From an uncultured Planctomycetaceae bacterium (lineage in GTDB: Bacteria; Planctomycetota; Planctomycetia; Planctomycetales; Planctomycetaceae): a DNA stretch of 64,000 bases. Shown piece by piece: positions 21,544-31,154 of this stretch; position 1 is the stretch's first letter; every line of letters begins with the position of its first letter. The notes beneath the pieces were generated by a model that ran no database searches, was not told the origin of the DNA, and was given only the letters and a program-made list of their open reading frames with translations. Made by a program: the position numbers and the translations under genes. The DNA lies in contig CAYVFI010000032.1 in NCBI GenBank assembly GCA_964450955.1, positions 8,491 through 72,490 on the forward strand. Direction: 5' to 3'.

Positions 21544-21963
21544 ATGGTAGAACGAACCTCGGAGACGCAGTTGCTGTCAGAGCTCGACGCAGCACATTCT
21601 GCAGCGATTGACGCCTTCAGCAACAAGGACATCGGTCGGTATCGGGTTTGTTTCACGCCCGGACTGAAATACACGCAAGCTCACGGCCAGACCATCGGGC
21701 TGGACCAATTGATGTCCGACGTCAAAGCACAATTCGATCGTGTCCACTCTCTGGGTACGTCATACGATCGAATTGCTGTGAACGTTCATTCAAAAGATCG
21801 TGTCACTGAAACGCTGAAACAATCCGCGTGGGTAAAGATCCGCGTGTTCGTATTCTTCACCAAACACTGGTCTCTCGTGCGGAAAGGAGATTACACGTGG
21901 CAAAGAATCGGGAGCCAATGGAAGCTTGATCAAGTTGTCGTTCACAGTGAATCAGTGACGTAA
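21544..21963 (+). CDS. Hypothetical protein, possibly NTF2-like (SnoaL/DUF4440-type) fold
   Basis: 139 aa ORF. Length and pattern are compatible with an NTF2-like protein. Weak support. Confidence 0.35.
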   Translation: MVERTSETQLLSELDAAHSAAIDAFSNKDIGRYRVCFTPGLKYTQAHGQTIGLDQLMSDVKAQFDRVHSLGTSYDRIAVNVHSKDRVTETLKQSAWVKIRVFVFFTKHWSLVRKGDYTWQRIGSQWKLDQVVVHSESVT

Positions 21964-22251
21964 TCTGATGGCGCGAGCCGGCTAACAACAACGTGCACCG
22001 GAATGCGGTTGGTCGCCGAAGTTTTCAATCAGATCGCACGTCCGCAGCCGGTGGTTTGAATCGTTATCAAGTAAAGAGACCATGCCTCGCGCGGCCGTAA
22101 CCCGAACAGTAGTTGTTTTGATCGCGATAGTGGTTGCACAAATGGTCGTTGCGGCTCCTCCACTGCTGAGGTTCTTTGAGCGTTCGCGACGGGGTGTGCA
22201 GGAGAATGGCCCGGCACGCACCAATCGGAATCCGATGCAGCGGAACGTTGC

Positions 22252-23751
22252 CTACTTTTGGCCGAAGTCGTTGTACATTTTTTGGATTTGTTGTCGGCTT
22301 CGGATGCTGGGTTTGGTGCCGCCGTAATATTTGTCGCGGATCCACTTTGGTTGCCAGCGATCGGGAACGCGTTTGGTCGTTGAGAAATCTACGGCTTTGG
22401 GCTTTGGCTTCTTGCTGGTGAGTGGCACCTTGTCGCCCCAGGCTTTCTGCCAGTCCGATAGTTTGGTCATGAGCCGATCGACGTGCGGTTTGTGGTCGGC
22501 CGAATTGGCAAGGTTCTTCATTTCGCTGGGGTCGTTTTTCAAATCAAACAGCTGGGTGTGATTGATTTGTGGATAACGAATCAGCTTCCAGCGGTCTTCA
22601 CGCACCGATCGTTGATGGCTGGTGTACTGCAGGTAAACCTCGTCGCGAACTTTGTTTCTGGTTCCCTTCCAAATCGATGAGAGGTCTTCTCCATCCAGGT
22701 TGGCAGGCGCTTTGAGTCCTGTCATTGAACACAGCGTCGGGTAGATGTCCAGCAGGTAAGAGAACGCGTTGGTTGATTTGCCGGCGGGGATACCGTCCCC
22801 GACGAAGACCAACGGGCACCGCATGCTGTGTTCGTAAACGCTTTGTTTGCCCAGCAAGCCATGGCTTCCCATCGCCAGGCCATGATCGGCGGCATAGATG
22901 ATGATTGTGTTGTCCGCTCTGCCTGAATCTTCCAGAGCTTTCAGAACGCGCCCGATCTCGACATCCAGGTGATCGACCATGCCGTAGTATTCTGCCAGTT
23001 GATCACTCACCATATCTTTGGGTCGCGGCCAGGGAGCCAGGCTTTCGTCGCGACCCGTCATGAAGCCGTTGTTGAACGGATGCTGTGGCAGAAAGTTGTC
23101 GGGCAGCGGAGGCCGTTTGTTGTAGTACTTTTTCCGGTACTCCTGCGGTGGCTGACGCGGGTCGTGCGGAGATGTAAACGCGGCGTAGGCGAAGAACGGT
23201 TCTTCTGAATCCTTCTGCTTGCTTAGAAAATCAGTCATCGCATCTGCGAACAACGTGCTGGAGAACCCGTCACCAATCCGCTTGTTCACAAGTTTTCCGT
23301 CAACAATGTCCTGCAGCGGAACCTGAATGTGGTCGCTCATGCCGCCCATGTACACGGCCTTGCCGCTTTCAAAGCTGCGCAGGATTGATTGGTCGCCGTT
23401 GTGCCATTTGCCGGTTGCGAATGTCTTGTAGCCCTGCGTTTGCAGCAGCTGACCCAGCGTCGTTTCGCCCTTCATGAGATTGTTTGAATGCATCCAGTGC
23501 TTGCCCGTGTGCAGCATGGCTCGACTGGGAACACAGACGGCTCCGGAGTTAGAACCGAAGCAGTAGTTCTGCTTGAAACTGAAACCACGCTTCACCAGCG
23601 AATCGATATTCGGCGTATCGATATTGGGGTTCCCCCAGGCACCAATTGTGTCGGCACGTTGGTCGTCGGCAAACAGCAAGAGGATGTTGGGACGTTCGGC
23701 TGCGTGCAGTTGAGGGAGAACCAGAATTGCGAGGATCAGAATGCGTTTCAT
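22252..23751 (-). CDS. Sulfatase (arylsulfatase family), secreted
   Basis: The start is set at MKRILILAILVLPQLHAAERPNILLLFADD (ATG at 23751) rather than the longer upstream ORF. The sulfatase signature is present (CVPSRAMLHTGKHW). Confidence 0.85.
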   Translation of the reverse strand: MKRILILAILVLPQLHAAERPNILLLFADDQRADTIGAWGNPNIDTPNIDSLVKRGFSFKQNYCFGSNSGAVCVPSRAMLHTGKHWMHSNNLMKGETTLGQLLQTQGYKTFATGKWHNGDQSILRSFESGKAVYMGGMSDHIQVPLQDIVDGKLVNKRIGDGFSSTLFADAMTDFLSKQKDSEEPFFAYAAFTSPHDPRQPPQEYRKKYYNKRPPLPDNFLPQHPFNNGFMTGRDESLAPWPRPKDMVSDQLAEYYGMVDHLDVEIGRVLKALEDSGRADNTIIIYAADHGLAMGSHGLLGKQSVYEHSMRCPLVFVGDGIPAGKSTNAFSYLLDIYPTLCSMTGLKAPANLDGEDLSSIWKGTRNKVRDEVYLQYTSHQRSVREDRWKLIRYPQINHTQLFDLKNDPSEMKNLANSADHKPHVDRLMTKLSDWQKAWGDKVPLTSKKPKPKAVDFSTTKRVPDRWQPKWIRDKYYGGTKPSIRSRQQIQKMYNDFGQK

Positions 23752-24016
23752 CGGTGAGTTCTCGTGGTGAGTCGTTGTTGCTATGTCTGGGCGGAGTGGC
23801 GCGCGGAGGGGCTGAGGATAAACTGGATGCTCACTGTTTTTGGGTGGCCGTGTTTGGATTGAGGAACCAGCGAATCTCCGGTAGTTTCGGGGCTTCTTTC
23901 GCAGGCTCATTCCAGTCCTGGCTTGCCACGCAACCTGTTTTACGGCCAGGTCGTGGCGAACAAAGCGGCCGCCGCGATTATTTTCGAACCGCAGCGGCCG
24001 CAATGTCAGTCGCTTA

Positions 24017-25492
24017 TCACTTCCAGCCCGCACCCTTCGTGCTGGTTTTCACTCGGCAGACAAATGCGTCAGCCGTGATATAAAGAGTCGTTCCATCGCC
24101 GCCCCAGCCGCAGTTGGCTGTCGCCTGACCGGTATCGATTCGACCCAGTGGAGTTCCATCCGGTGCGAAGACATGAACGCCGCCGGGGCCGGTGGCGAAC
24201 AGGTTGCCTGCTTTGTCGACCTTGAGACCATCGGGTAGTCCCTTCATCTTGCCGACCAATGAGGTCGCGTCGAAAAAGACTTTGCCCGGGCCAATGGTTC
24301 CATCGTCTTTGACGGGGAACGCTTTCCAGATGGCGGCCTTCGGATCTGACTGGGCGACATACAGAGTTTTCTCATCGGGAGAAAACGCGATGCCGTTTGG
24401 CCTGGTCATCTCTTTGGTCAGCAGCGTTAGCTGGCCGTCTTTTGAGAGACGGTAGACGCCGCAGAAGTCGAGTTCCCGACGTGGGTCGTCAAACCGTTTC
24501 GGAAGCCCGTACGGCGGATCCGTGAAATATAGATCGCCGTTGGATTTGAAGCAGGCGTCGTTGGGGCTGTTAAGCCGCTTGCCCATGTAGTTGTCAACGA
24601 GAGTCCGCTTGCCGCCGTCTTTCGTTATCACAGACACGCGGCGATCGCCGTGTTCGCACGAAACCAAACGACCCATGGAATCCAGCAGCAAGCCGTTGCA
24701 ACCAGGTTCTCCACCGTACTTGCTGACGCCAGTGAAACCTGACGGCTTCAGATACACCTTCGCTTCGCTCCAACCTTCCCGCCACTGATACACTGAGTTG
24801 CGCGGGATGTCAGAGAATAGAAGCGAACCGCCTTCGTCGTCGGCGACCCAGACAGGCCCTTCCGACCAGTCGTGGCCTTTGGCCAGTACTTCGATTGACG
24901 CTCCAGTCGGAATCAGTTTGTCGAACCGTGGATCCAGACGAACGATGTTGCCAAAGCCAGAACCTGCTGACGCGCTTGCCTGAGCCACGCCAAGTTCTTT
25001 TAGCTTACGAACAAGATCGCTACCCGCGTTTCGTGTTCCACCCCGCTCGATTGCGGCGATCTTGCCGTTCTTGTCGATGTAGATTGTCTTGCGAGCCGGA
25101 TACAGCCGGTTTGGGTTCGTGACGACACCGTATGCCATCGCGACCTTGCCGGTTGGATCACTGAGAATTGGATAGTCGAGATCAAGGTTCCTGGCGAACC
25201 GGGTATTGATCTTGATGGGGTCACAACTGGCGGTGAAGTAGGCAACGTCGAAGGCCTTAATGGCTTTGCCGCTCTCACGGAGCGACTTGCATTGAGCCGT
25301 TCAACCGCCGGTTTCGGCCTTTGGGAACCATGACAGCACGACGGCTTTGCCTTTCATGTCAGCAAGTGCGTAAGTCTTGCCATCACTACCCTGCAAGCTG
25401 AAGTCAGGCGCGGTGTCGCCCACGCTAAGTTGTTGGGCAGATGCGGGAATCGCACATGCCAGCAGTGCGGCCAAAACTGTTGCGGCACGCAT
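24017..25492 (-). CDS. Fusion protein: BCP-type peroxiredoxin with selenocysteine at the peroxidatic position (in-frame TGA at 25301..25303) plus an SMP-30/gluconolactonase/LRE-like beta-propeller
   Basis: ORF 25301..25585 ends ...[13 protein letters not shown]. Reading through the TGA continues in frame as [65 protein letters not shown]...[13 protein letters not shown] and joins ORF 24017..25138. The region aligns residue by residue with E. coli Bcp (FYPKAMTPGCTVQAC; CP=Cys45 becomes U, CR=Cys50 conserved). The likely start is [20 protein letters not shown] (signal peptide, ATG at 25492). Confidence 0.6.
25268..25286 (-). promoter_or_regulatory. Candidate bacterial SECIS hairpin downstream of the UGA at 25301..25303
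   Basis: The mRNA after the UGA is ACGGCUCAAUGCAA then GUCGCUC-CGUGA-GAGCGGC. This is a 7 bp stem (one G.U pair) with a 5 nt loop containing G and U, starting 15 nt after the UGA. Confidence 0.4.
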
Positions 25493-25746
25493 AGATGTTT
25501 CTCCTGGTGGAAGTCTTGATGGGGGAGCAGCAGTGTCAAGTGTTGCCTGAGTCTTCAGAGTCTGGTTTGAATCACTGTTGGTCACTGTGAAGCAAGCAAT
25601 GGACCAACGGTCCTAAACTGAAAATCGTGGCACAGCACTAGTTCAATTGTGATCACTGACTGCGTCAAGTGGCTCACTAATTGTACCCGGATTGGCCAGG
25701 TGGTGCTTTAGTCACGGTGCTGAAAACCAGGACTGGTTCGTAACGA

Positions 25747-26361
25747 TTGCCGCTGAATCGAAGGAACCGTAAGGCTTCACTGCATTTCGTGTTGAGTCAG
25801 CCTGCAAACACTGACAGGGCTCAGGTTGACTCATTCAGAGTGCTCCTATCAAATTGCGGCTCAACCAACGCGTTCAGGAAGCGAATCGTGGCACGACCCA
25901 TCTGGCTGCAACTTAACCAAAGCGACTCACCCCACGGCGACGTCGTATTGTCTTTCGGGCAAACTCAACAAACCGAAGATTCTTACTACTTCGCGATCGA
26001 TTCGAATGTGAGCCCCGGCGACGAGTCTCCGCAAAAGGCGGCTCTCGTGATGGCCGGGCTGTTGGGTCAGTGGTTGAGTCGTTTGGATGCCAGTGAGAAC
26101 GCGTACTTGCCGGTTGGGTTTTCTGACCAAAGCATGACGTGGCTTTACGCAGAACAAACCGGCGAAACCACAAAGCTGACTTTGGGCTGGTCGGAAGACG
26201 AAGGCTGGTCGGTGTTACCATCAGACGTTGGCGATAAGAACCCGGCCGCGTTTACTGCGATGGATGACGTGGAACCAGTCACCCTGTATGGACCGCGGTT
26301 GTTGAGCTTGGTTCGTTGGAACCGGTGCGTCTTAGGTGAAACTGCCAAAGCTGATACTTAA
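25747..26361 (+). CDS. Hypothetical protein (weak)
   Basis: 204 aa ORF in an otherwise empty 1.3 kb stretch. No motifs recognised; the start is uncertain. Confidence 0.25.
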   Translation: MPLNRRNRKASLHFVLSQPANTDRAQVDSFRVLLSNCGSTNAFRKRIVARPIWLQLNQSDSPHGDVVLSFGQTQQTEDSYYFAIDSNVSPGDESPQKAALVMAGLLGQWLSRLDASENAYLPVGFSDQSMTWLYAEQTGETTKLTLGWSEDEGWSVLPSDVGDKNPAAFTAMDDVEPVTLYGPRLLSLVRWNRCVLGETAKADT

Positions 26362-26916
26362 TGCAGCACCGCCGCGAATCGTGACAATGGAACGGTTCCA
26401 GGTCAGTGCGTCAGTCAGTTCGGTGTCATTGCCGATCGTGGCTGCAGTCGGCGGTGAATCGCTAAGCCGATCGAGCGGTGCGAGAAGTCGGAATCATCGA
26501 CTGTCGGTGAGAGCCGCGTTCAGCATCGCGCGTTGCGGGTGAGTTTGATTGCTGGGACTGGCGTGGTAGCGTTGGGTACGCCGGAGCCTGTCGTTGCTGG
26601 GCGGGCGGCGCGGGGCTTTCGTCTGGGCGCAGGACCAGCCATGCAATGAGCCGGTTCGTTCGCTTCAGATGTCCGCATCGCTTGCACCGCAACATGCAAG
26701 CCATAGACGAATCGCAATTGCGACTTGAACGGGCATAATCCTGGCTTGAACAACCGTGACATCGAAGCATGGTATCTCTCCCTATCTACCACTATTAAAG
26801 ATCGTCGCTTCCGGAGTGGCCACTGGTTGCAGTTGTTCGGGACCGCACTGCTATCCTGGGTACAGCGCTCGCGGAGTCCGGTCATGCGGTTCGATTCTTC
26901 GTGTGCCAGGTAAAGA

Positions 26917-28134
26917 TTACCGCTCTGTAAGCAGTTCCTTCACAAGTTCTTCATATCGCGCGCGAAGCTTTTTGTAGGCTTCGCCGGTGGCGGGGCCGCT
27001 GAATCCGGTGTACACGGCGCGCACACTTCCGTCGGCTCGAACAAAAATGGTGGTCGGGTACGAACGCACTTTGTCGATCAGCGGGAACTGCCTGGTCGCG
27101 GTGGACTTGTCTGACAAACCCGCCAGCAGAACCGGATACTGTGTGTTGTGGCGTTTGATGTATCGCTTCACCATTTCGACATCACGATCGAACTCGCCCG
27201 TGTGTTCGAACGCCAGGCCCACAATCGAAAGGCCACGCGGACCGTACTTGTTTTGCAGTTCAGAAAGATACAGGGCCGCGTCATGACAGTTGGGACACCA
27301 CGAACCAAACACCTGAATGAGCCGCGCTTTGCCGGCGAATTTTGGGTCACCCAGCGACGTCAGTTTGCCGTCAAGATCCGGGTACTTGATGTCGTTTAAG
27401 TTCACATCCTTAAGCACCGTGGACAGCCGGAACGCGTCGGGCAGTTCGGCCTTCGGATCCAGCTTCCCCGCGAATGTCTCGTGCCAGCTGTTACCCGACC
27501 AAAAATCACCGGCCAGCGTTCCATCTTCTTGTCGCTGCATCCGAAACAAAAACGCATGCGCGCCGTCGAAGACTGAGAGTTCAACGGAGTCCGGTTTCGC
27601 TGGCGGCTGAATTGTCAGGAACCGATAGTCGCCCGTTGTTGTGAGGAACGTGCCCCACGGCGCGTTGTCGGTTTTTCGAATGGAGAAGACACCCAGCGCG
27701 GGGTCATCGCTTTCAGAAAACTTCACGGACCACTTACCGACGTATGGTTTGAACGCAGCGTCTTGCGATGGAACCGATGACATTGGCCGCGCGACGAATT
27801 TCATCTCGCCGTAGCGTTCTTTGCCACGCCGTTTGCGGTATTGACCGACCAACTGATCGCCGTCAAGCCTGGCTTTTATCGTAGAATCGTAGTGTGGGAA
27901 CGACAGCGTGATGTTGTCGCCGTCCACCCGGACCATTGGGATTTCGATTCTCTCCAACGGATCCGAAATCGCGGCCGACCATTTGCCATCGCTGGAAGAA
28001 AGCAGCAGCGGGAACCGAATTGGCCCGCCCGGTGTTTGCAATTGAGCGTCATATTGGCCCGGTTTGATATCGGCCGCGTAAAGATTGCCTGCAGTCAGGG
28101 ACAGCAGGAACACGAAAATGACAGGGCGATACAT
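26917..28134 (-). CDS. TlpA-like thioredoxin-family protein (Cys form, WCPNC) with a large N-terminal domain; secreted
   Basis: The C-terminal thioredoxin fold has active site VFGSWCPNCHDAALYL. The start is set at MYRPVIFVFLLSLTAGNLYA (signal peptide). Confidence 0.75.
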   Translation of the reverse strand: MYRPVIFVFLLSLTAGNLYAADIKPGQYDAQLQTPGGPIRFPLLLSSSDGKWSAAISDPLERIEIPMVRVDGDNITLSFPHYDSTIKARLDGDQLVGQYRKRRGKERYGEMKFVARPMSSVPSQDAAFKPYVGKWSVKFSESDDPALGVFSIRKTDNAPWGTFLTTTGDYRFLTIQPPAKPDSVELSVFDGAHAFLFRMQRQEDGTLAGDFWSGNSWHETFAGKLDPKAELPDAFRLSTVLKDVNLNDIKYPDLDGKLTSLGDPKFAGKARLIQVFGSWCPNCHDAALYLSELQNKYGPRGLSIVGLAFEHTGEFDRDVEMVKRYIKRHNTQYPVLLAGLSDKSTATRQFPLIDKVRSYPTTIFVRADGSVRAVYTGFSGPATGEAYKKLRARYEELVKELLTER

Positions 28135-28207
28135 GCGACTCTCCAGTAGGGAGAATGCAACGTACCAGTCGAAGTGACCGCATTCCACTCAACCGCCGGA
28201 CGGGCTT

Positions 28208-29581
28208 TTACGATTCCTCTTCTTCCGATTCGTCGGCACCTTCTGCTTCCAAAGCTTCGAGTTCCCCAAGGATACGGTCGCGAATCTCCGCATCGGTGTT
28301 TTCAAGGTACTCGTCGAAGAACGCCTTCGGATCGTCGACCACAAACGCCACGCGCTGTATCGATGCGGTCAATAGCTCGAAGCTGCAATCTCGTGCGTAC
28401 CGGACAATCTGCGGAACAGCTTGCGCCAGCGATGATTCGGCGTCTTTTCCGTAAAGGGCAAATGTGCTCAACGTGGCTTCGGCGACCTTTGGATTGCGAT
28501 CCTGTAGTAGCGGCGCGAGTTCTTCTCGAACCTGTAATCCGTCGTGTGTCGAATCGAGTTCTGGCTGGATCGCTCCAACAGCCATCGCGCAATGGGCGCG
28601 GATTTCTGCTTGCTGGGCCGAGAGCTGTTCCAGTACGGCTGGCAATGTTTGTTCGGCAACCGAACCCAGCATAGCGATGGTCTTGGCGGCTTCCGCTGCC
28701 ACACCCGGGTTACGGTGTTTGACGGCATCTCTTAGCAACTCTGCCGCGCCAGTTGCTGCTGATGGGTTTGCCTGCAGAGCCCACATCGCGGCAACCTGTT
28801 GCGTTTCGGTTCCGTTCTTTAAGTCGTCGATGATGGACGTGGCCGAACGAGTTTCGTCTGGCTGTGAAGCGTTGTCTGGTCTGAACAGGCAGTCGCCGGT
28901 CTTCGTGATGTACTTGTATCCTTTCTGAAACGCTCCACCAGCGTCGGCTGCCAGCATCGAAGCCCAGGCGGGTTGGTGTTCGTCTCGAACCCACGCCATG
29001 AGTGCCATCGCATAGCCCGGTACGCGAGCCTGCAGATGGCCAGCTCCTCGAATCGACCATGACTCCCACGTTCCATAAGGCGCCGCGGTACTTTTGGCCG
29101 TAGTGTTCGCCTGGAAGATTCCCAGACCAAGAAAGACCGCCAGCAAGTCGGTCAGTGATTCGGTGTCGCCCATGCCTTCGGTCAGGTGTCCGCTGTTGGT
29201 CAACGTGTCTGCAGCGACTGATCGAGCCAGCGTGGCGATAAGCCGTTCCTGGTCGGCGACGTCATCGGTTCCAACTTGTACGACCGGCTTTTCACCCGGC
29301 TTCGGATCGCAGCAGGCTCCATCCTGACAGCAGCCCTTGACCGACAATTCGAATCGGTCAGACGTCGTTCCCATGAAGTCGCAGACACGCGAGAACACAT
29401 CGGCGACGTCGTCCGGCTGACCGTTGTATTGGTTCGGAAAAAACTCACCCGTCGGTTGCACGATGGTCGCCGACTTCATGCGGTCCAAACCAAACCGCTG
29501 CGCAAGCCAGTGCATGCGGCGTTCGGTCCAGACTTTCTCACGGATTTCCAGCGGTGATTTTGGTTTCAGTAGGCCAAGCAT
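28208..29581 (-). CDS. HEAT-repeat protein with an unknown N-terminal domain and an acidic C-terminal tail
   Basis: 457 aa ORF. The C-terminal half has HEAT/armadillo-like repeats (PAVLEQLSAQQAEIRAHCAMAVGAI..., LQDRNPKVAEATLSTFALYG). It ends in EGADESEEEES. Confidence 0.5.
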   Translation of the reverse strand: MLGLLKPKSPLEIREKVWTERRMHWLAQRFGLDRMKSATIVQPTGEFFPNQYNGQPDDVADVFSRVCDFMGTTSDRFELSVKGCCQDGACCDPKPGEKPVVQVGTDDVADQERLIATLARSVAADTLTNSGHLTEGMGDTESLTDLLAVFLGLGIFQANTTAKSTAAPYGTWESWSIRGAGHLQARVPGYAMALMAWVRDEHQPAWASMLAADAGGAFQKGYKYITKTGDCLFRPDNASQPDETRSATSIIDDLKNGTETQQVAAMWALQANPSAATGAAELLRDAVKHRNPGVAAEAAKTIAMLGSVAEQTLPAVLEQLSAQQAEIRAHCAMAVGAIQPELDSTHDGLQVREELAPLLQDRNPKVAEATLSTFALYGKDAESSLAQAVPQIVRYARDCSFELLTASIQRVAFVVDDPKAFFDEYLENTDAEIRDRILGELEALEAEGADESEEEES

Positions 29582-29653
29582 GCGTCTGCCAGTGTGAATT
29601 GATCTTCGGTTCCACCCCGAAGATAGTGGAATCCAAACAATCCGAACACCGCG

Positions 29654-30979
29654 CTATTTGTCCGCAACAGGCTTTCGATGCAGCCTGAACCCGATGTCAG
29701 TGGGCCCGGGCGAAGAGTCTTCGCTGCCAAGGTCGCCCTGGCCGTCGATGAGGTCCGGCCCGACGCTATAGACGGCGATGTGATCTGTGGCGCCTTTTGT
29801 TTTGATTGGCTGTTCGTCAAAGGGATCGGTCATTATTTCTTCAAATGTTTGCCCTTCGGGCAATGCGAAGAAGTTAGCCGACAGTTCGTTCATCGATTCT
29901 GGTTCTTTACCTTGCTGACGTTCGAACCGCCGGATTGCCAGCCCAACAACCGCACACCGCGTTTCAGCGCTGCTGCGTGCGCCGGCGATTATCACTTGTT
30001 CTGTGGCGGGTAGTATCTGTAGCACGCCCGCATATTTGATCTTCCCAAAAGATGAGCTGCTGAGTTCTTTGACCGAATCGCCAAGTTCTTTGCCGGTCTT
30101 GATCGCGGAACTCCACGGTTCGTCCATCGATGCGATAAGCGTTTTATAAAAATCCAACGCTTCCAGTTCGTTTGTTGATCGGAACAGAGGGTTGATCTTC
30201 TTTACCGCACCCACTCCCATTGCTCGTTCACTGATTAACGATCGTTTAATGCCGGTCTTCACATCGGCTGCAGCCAGTCTGGTTTGTAGGTCGGCCAGTT
30301 GAGCGTCGGACCAGTCGCTGGTGCTGACAAGTTCTTCGATCGTGTGGATGGCCATAGCTCGGATTGCCACTCGGACAAGTTGTGAGATGAGGGTTGGTTC
30401 GAAGTGCATCGCTTCGGCAGTGGCCAGCATTCCCTGCACATCTTGATACGCCTGGTCGTAGTCCCCATCGTGCGCGTTGACGTAGGCTTCCAGCATGAAC
30501 AGGCGGGCGACGGTTCGTGATTCCTGCGTATTGGGCAGCAGGGTGTTGAAGCCCATCGAGAAATCAATCGGGAACCGGACGTAGCCGGCGGACGCGGCTG
30601 CCGCGTGGGCAGCAGTGAGTTCGGTCGACATTGTGGCGAGGAACTCTCGCGAAGCGTCCAACTGGTTCCATTCTATTCCTGGTAAGGGGGGTTTGTCTCC
30701 TCGGCCAAGAATGGGAAGGTCGGCTACCTTCGCATTGAATTGAGGCCCGGTGAGTGACTGGATGACAGCGACCCACTCAGCTGTCGCGTCGGCGCGATCA
30801 GTAGGAACAACGTAGTAGTCGTTTATCTCTGCGCTTGTTGACGGGAGGCCCTGAGCCTTGATGGTTTGTAGGCGAGAGGCCACTTTGGAGTGCCCCATGA
30901 ACCACATTGTGCCGGCGACGATGATGCACAGCAGTACGATTAAGGCACCGGTGGCCAGGACTTTGGATTTCGTTGCCAT
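29654..30979 (-). CDS. Hypothetical membrane-anchored protein
   Basis: 441 aa ORF with an N-terminal TM helix (LATGALIVLLCIIVAGTMWF). No known motif. Confidence 0.5.
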   Translation of the reverse strand: MATKSKVLATGALIVLLCIIVAGTMWFMGHSKVASRLQTIKAQGLPSTSAEINDYYVVPTDRADATAEWVAVIQSLTGPQFNAKVADLPILGRGDKPPLPGIEWNQLDASREFLATMSTELTAAHAAAASAGYVRFPIDFSMGFNTLLPNTQESRTVARLFMLEAYVNAHDGDYDQAYQDVQGMLATAEAMHFEPTLISQLVRVAIRAMAIHTIEELVSTSDWSDAQLADLQTRLAAADVKTGIKRSLISERAMGVGAVKKINPLFRSTNELEALDFYKTLIASMDEPWSSAIKTGKELGDSVKELSSSSFGKIKYAGVLQILPATEQVIIAGARSSAETRCAVVGLAIRRFERQQGKEPESMNELSANFFALPEGQTFEEIMTDPFDEQPIKTKGATDHIAVYSVGPDLIDGQGDLGSEDSSPGPTDIGFRLHRKPVADK

Positions 30980-31154
30980 TGGGTCGCTCAGTTGTTGTAG
31001 CTTGAATCAGAATTCCGAGTAGGGCCGAGAATACTGCCGATACCGTTCGGTCTGGAAGCTGCGAACCAAAAAAACGGGCGGCCATTTCTGGCCGCCCGTG
31101 GCGTTCAGCGAGATCTCGGGGGGTATCCCGCTGAGGTTCAAGGCCCTGCTTCGC

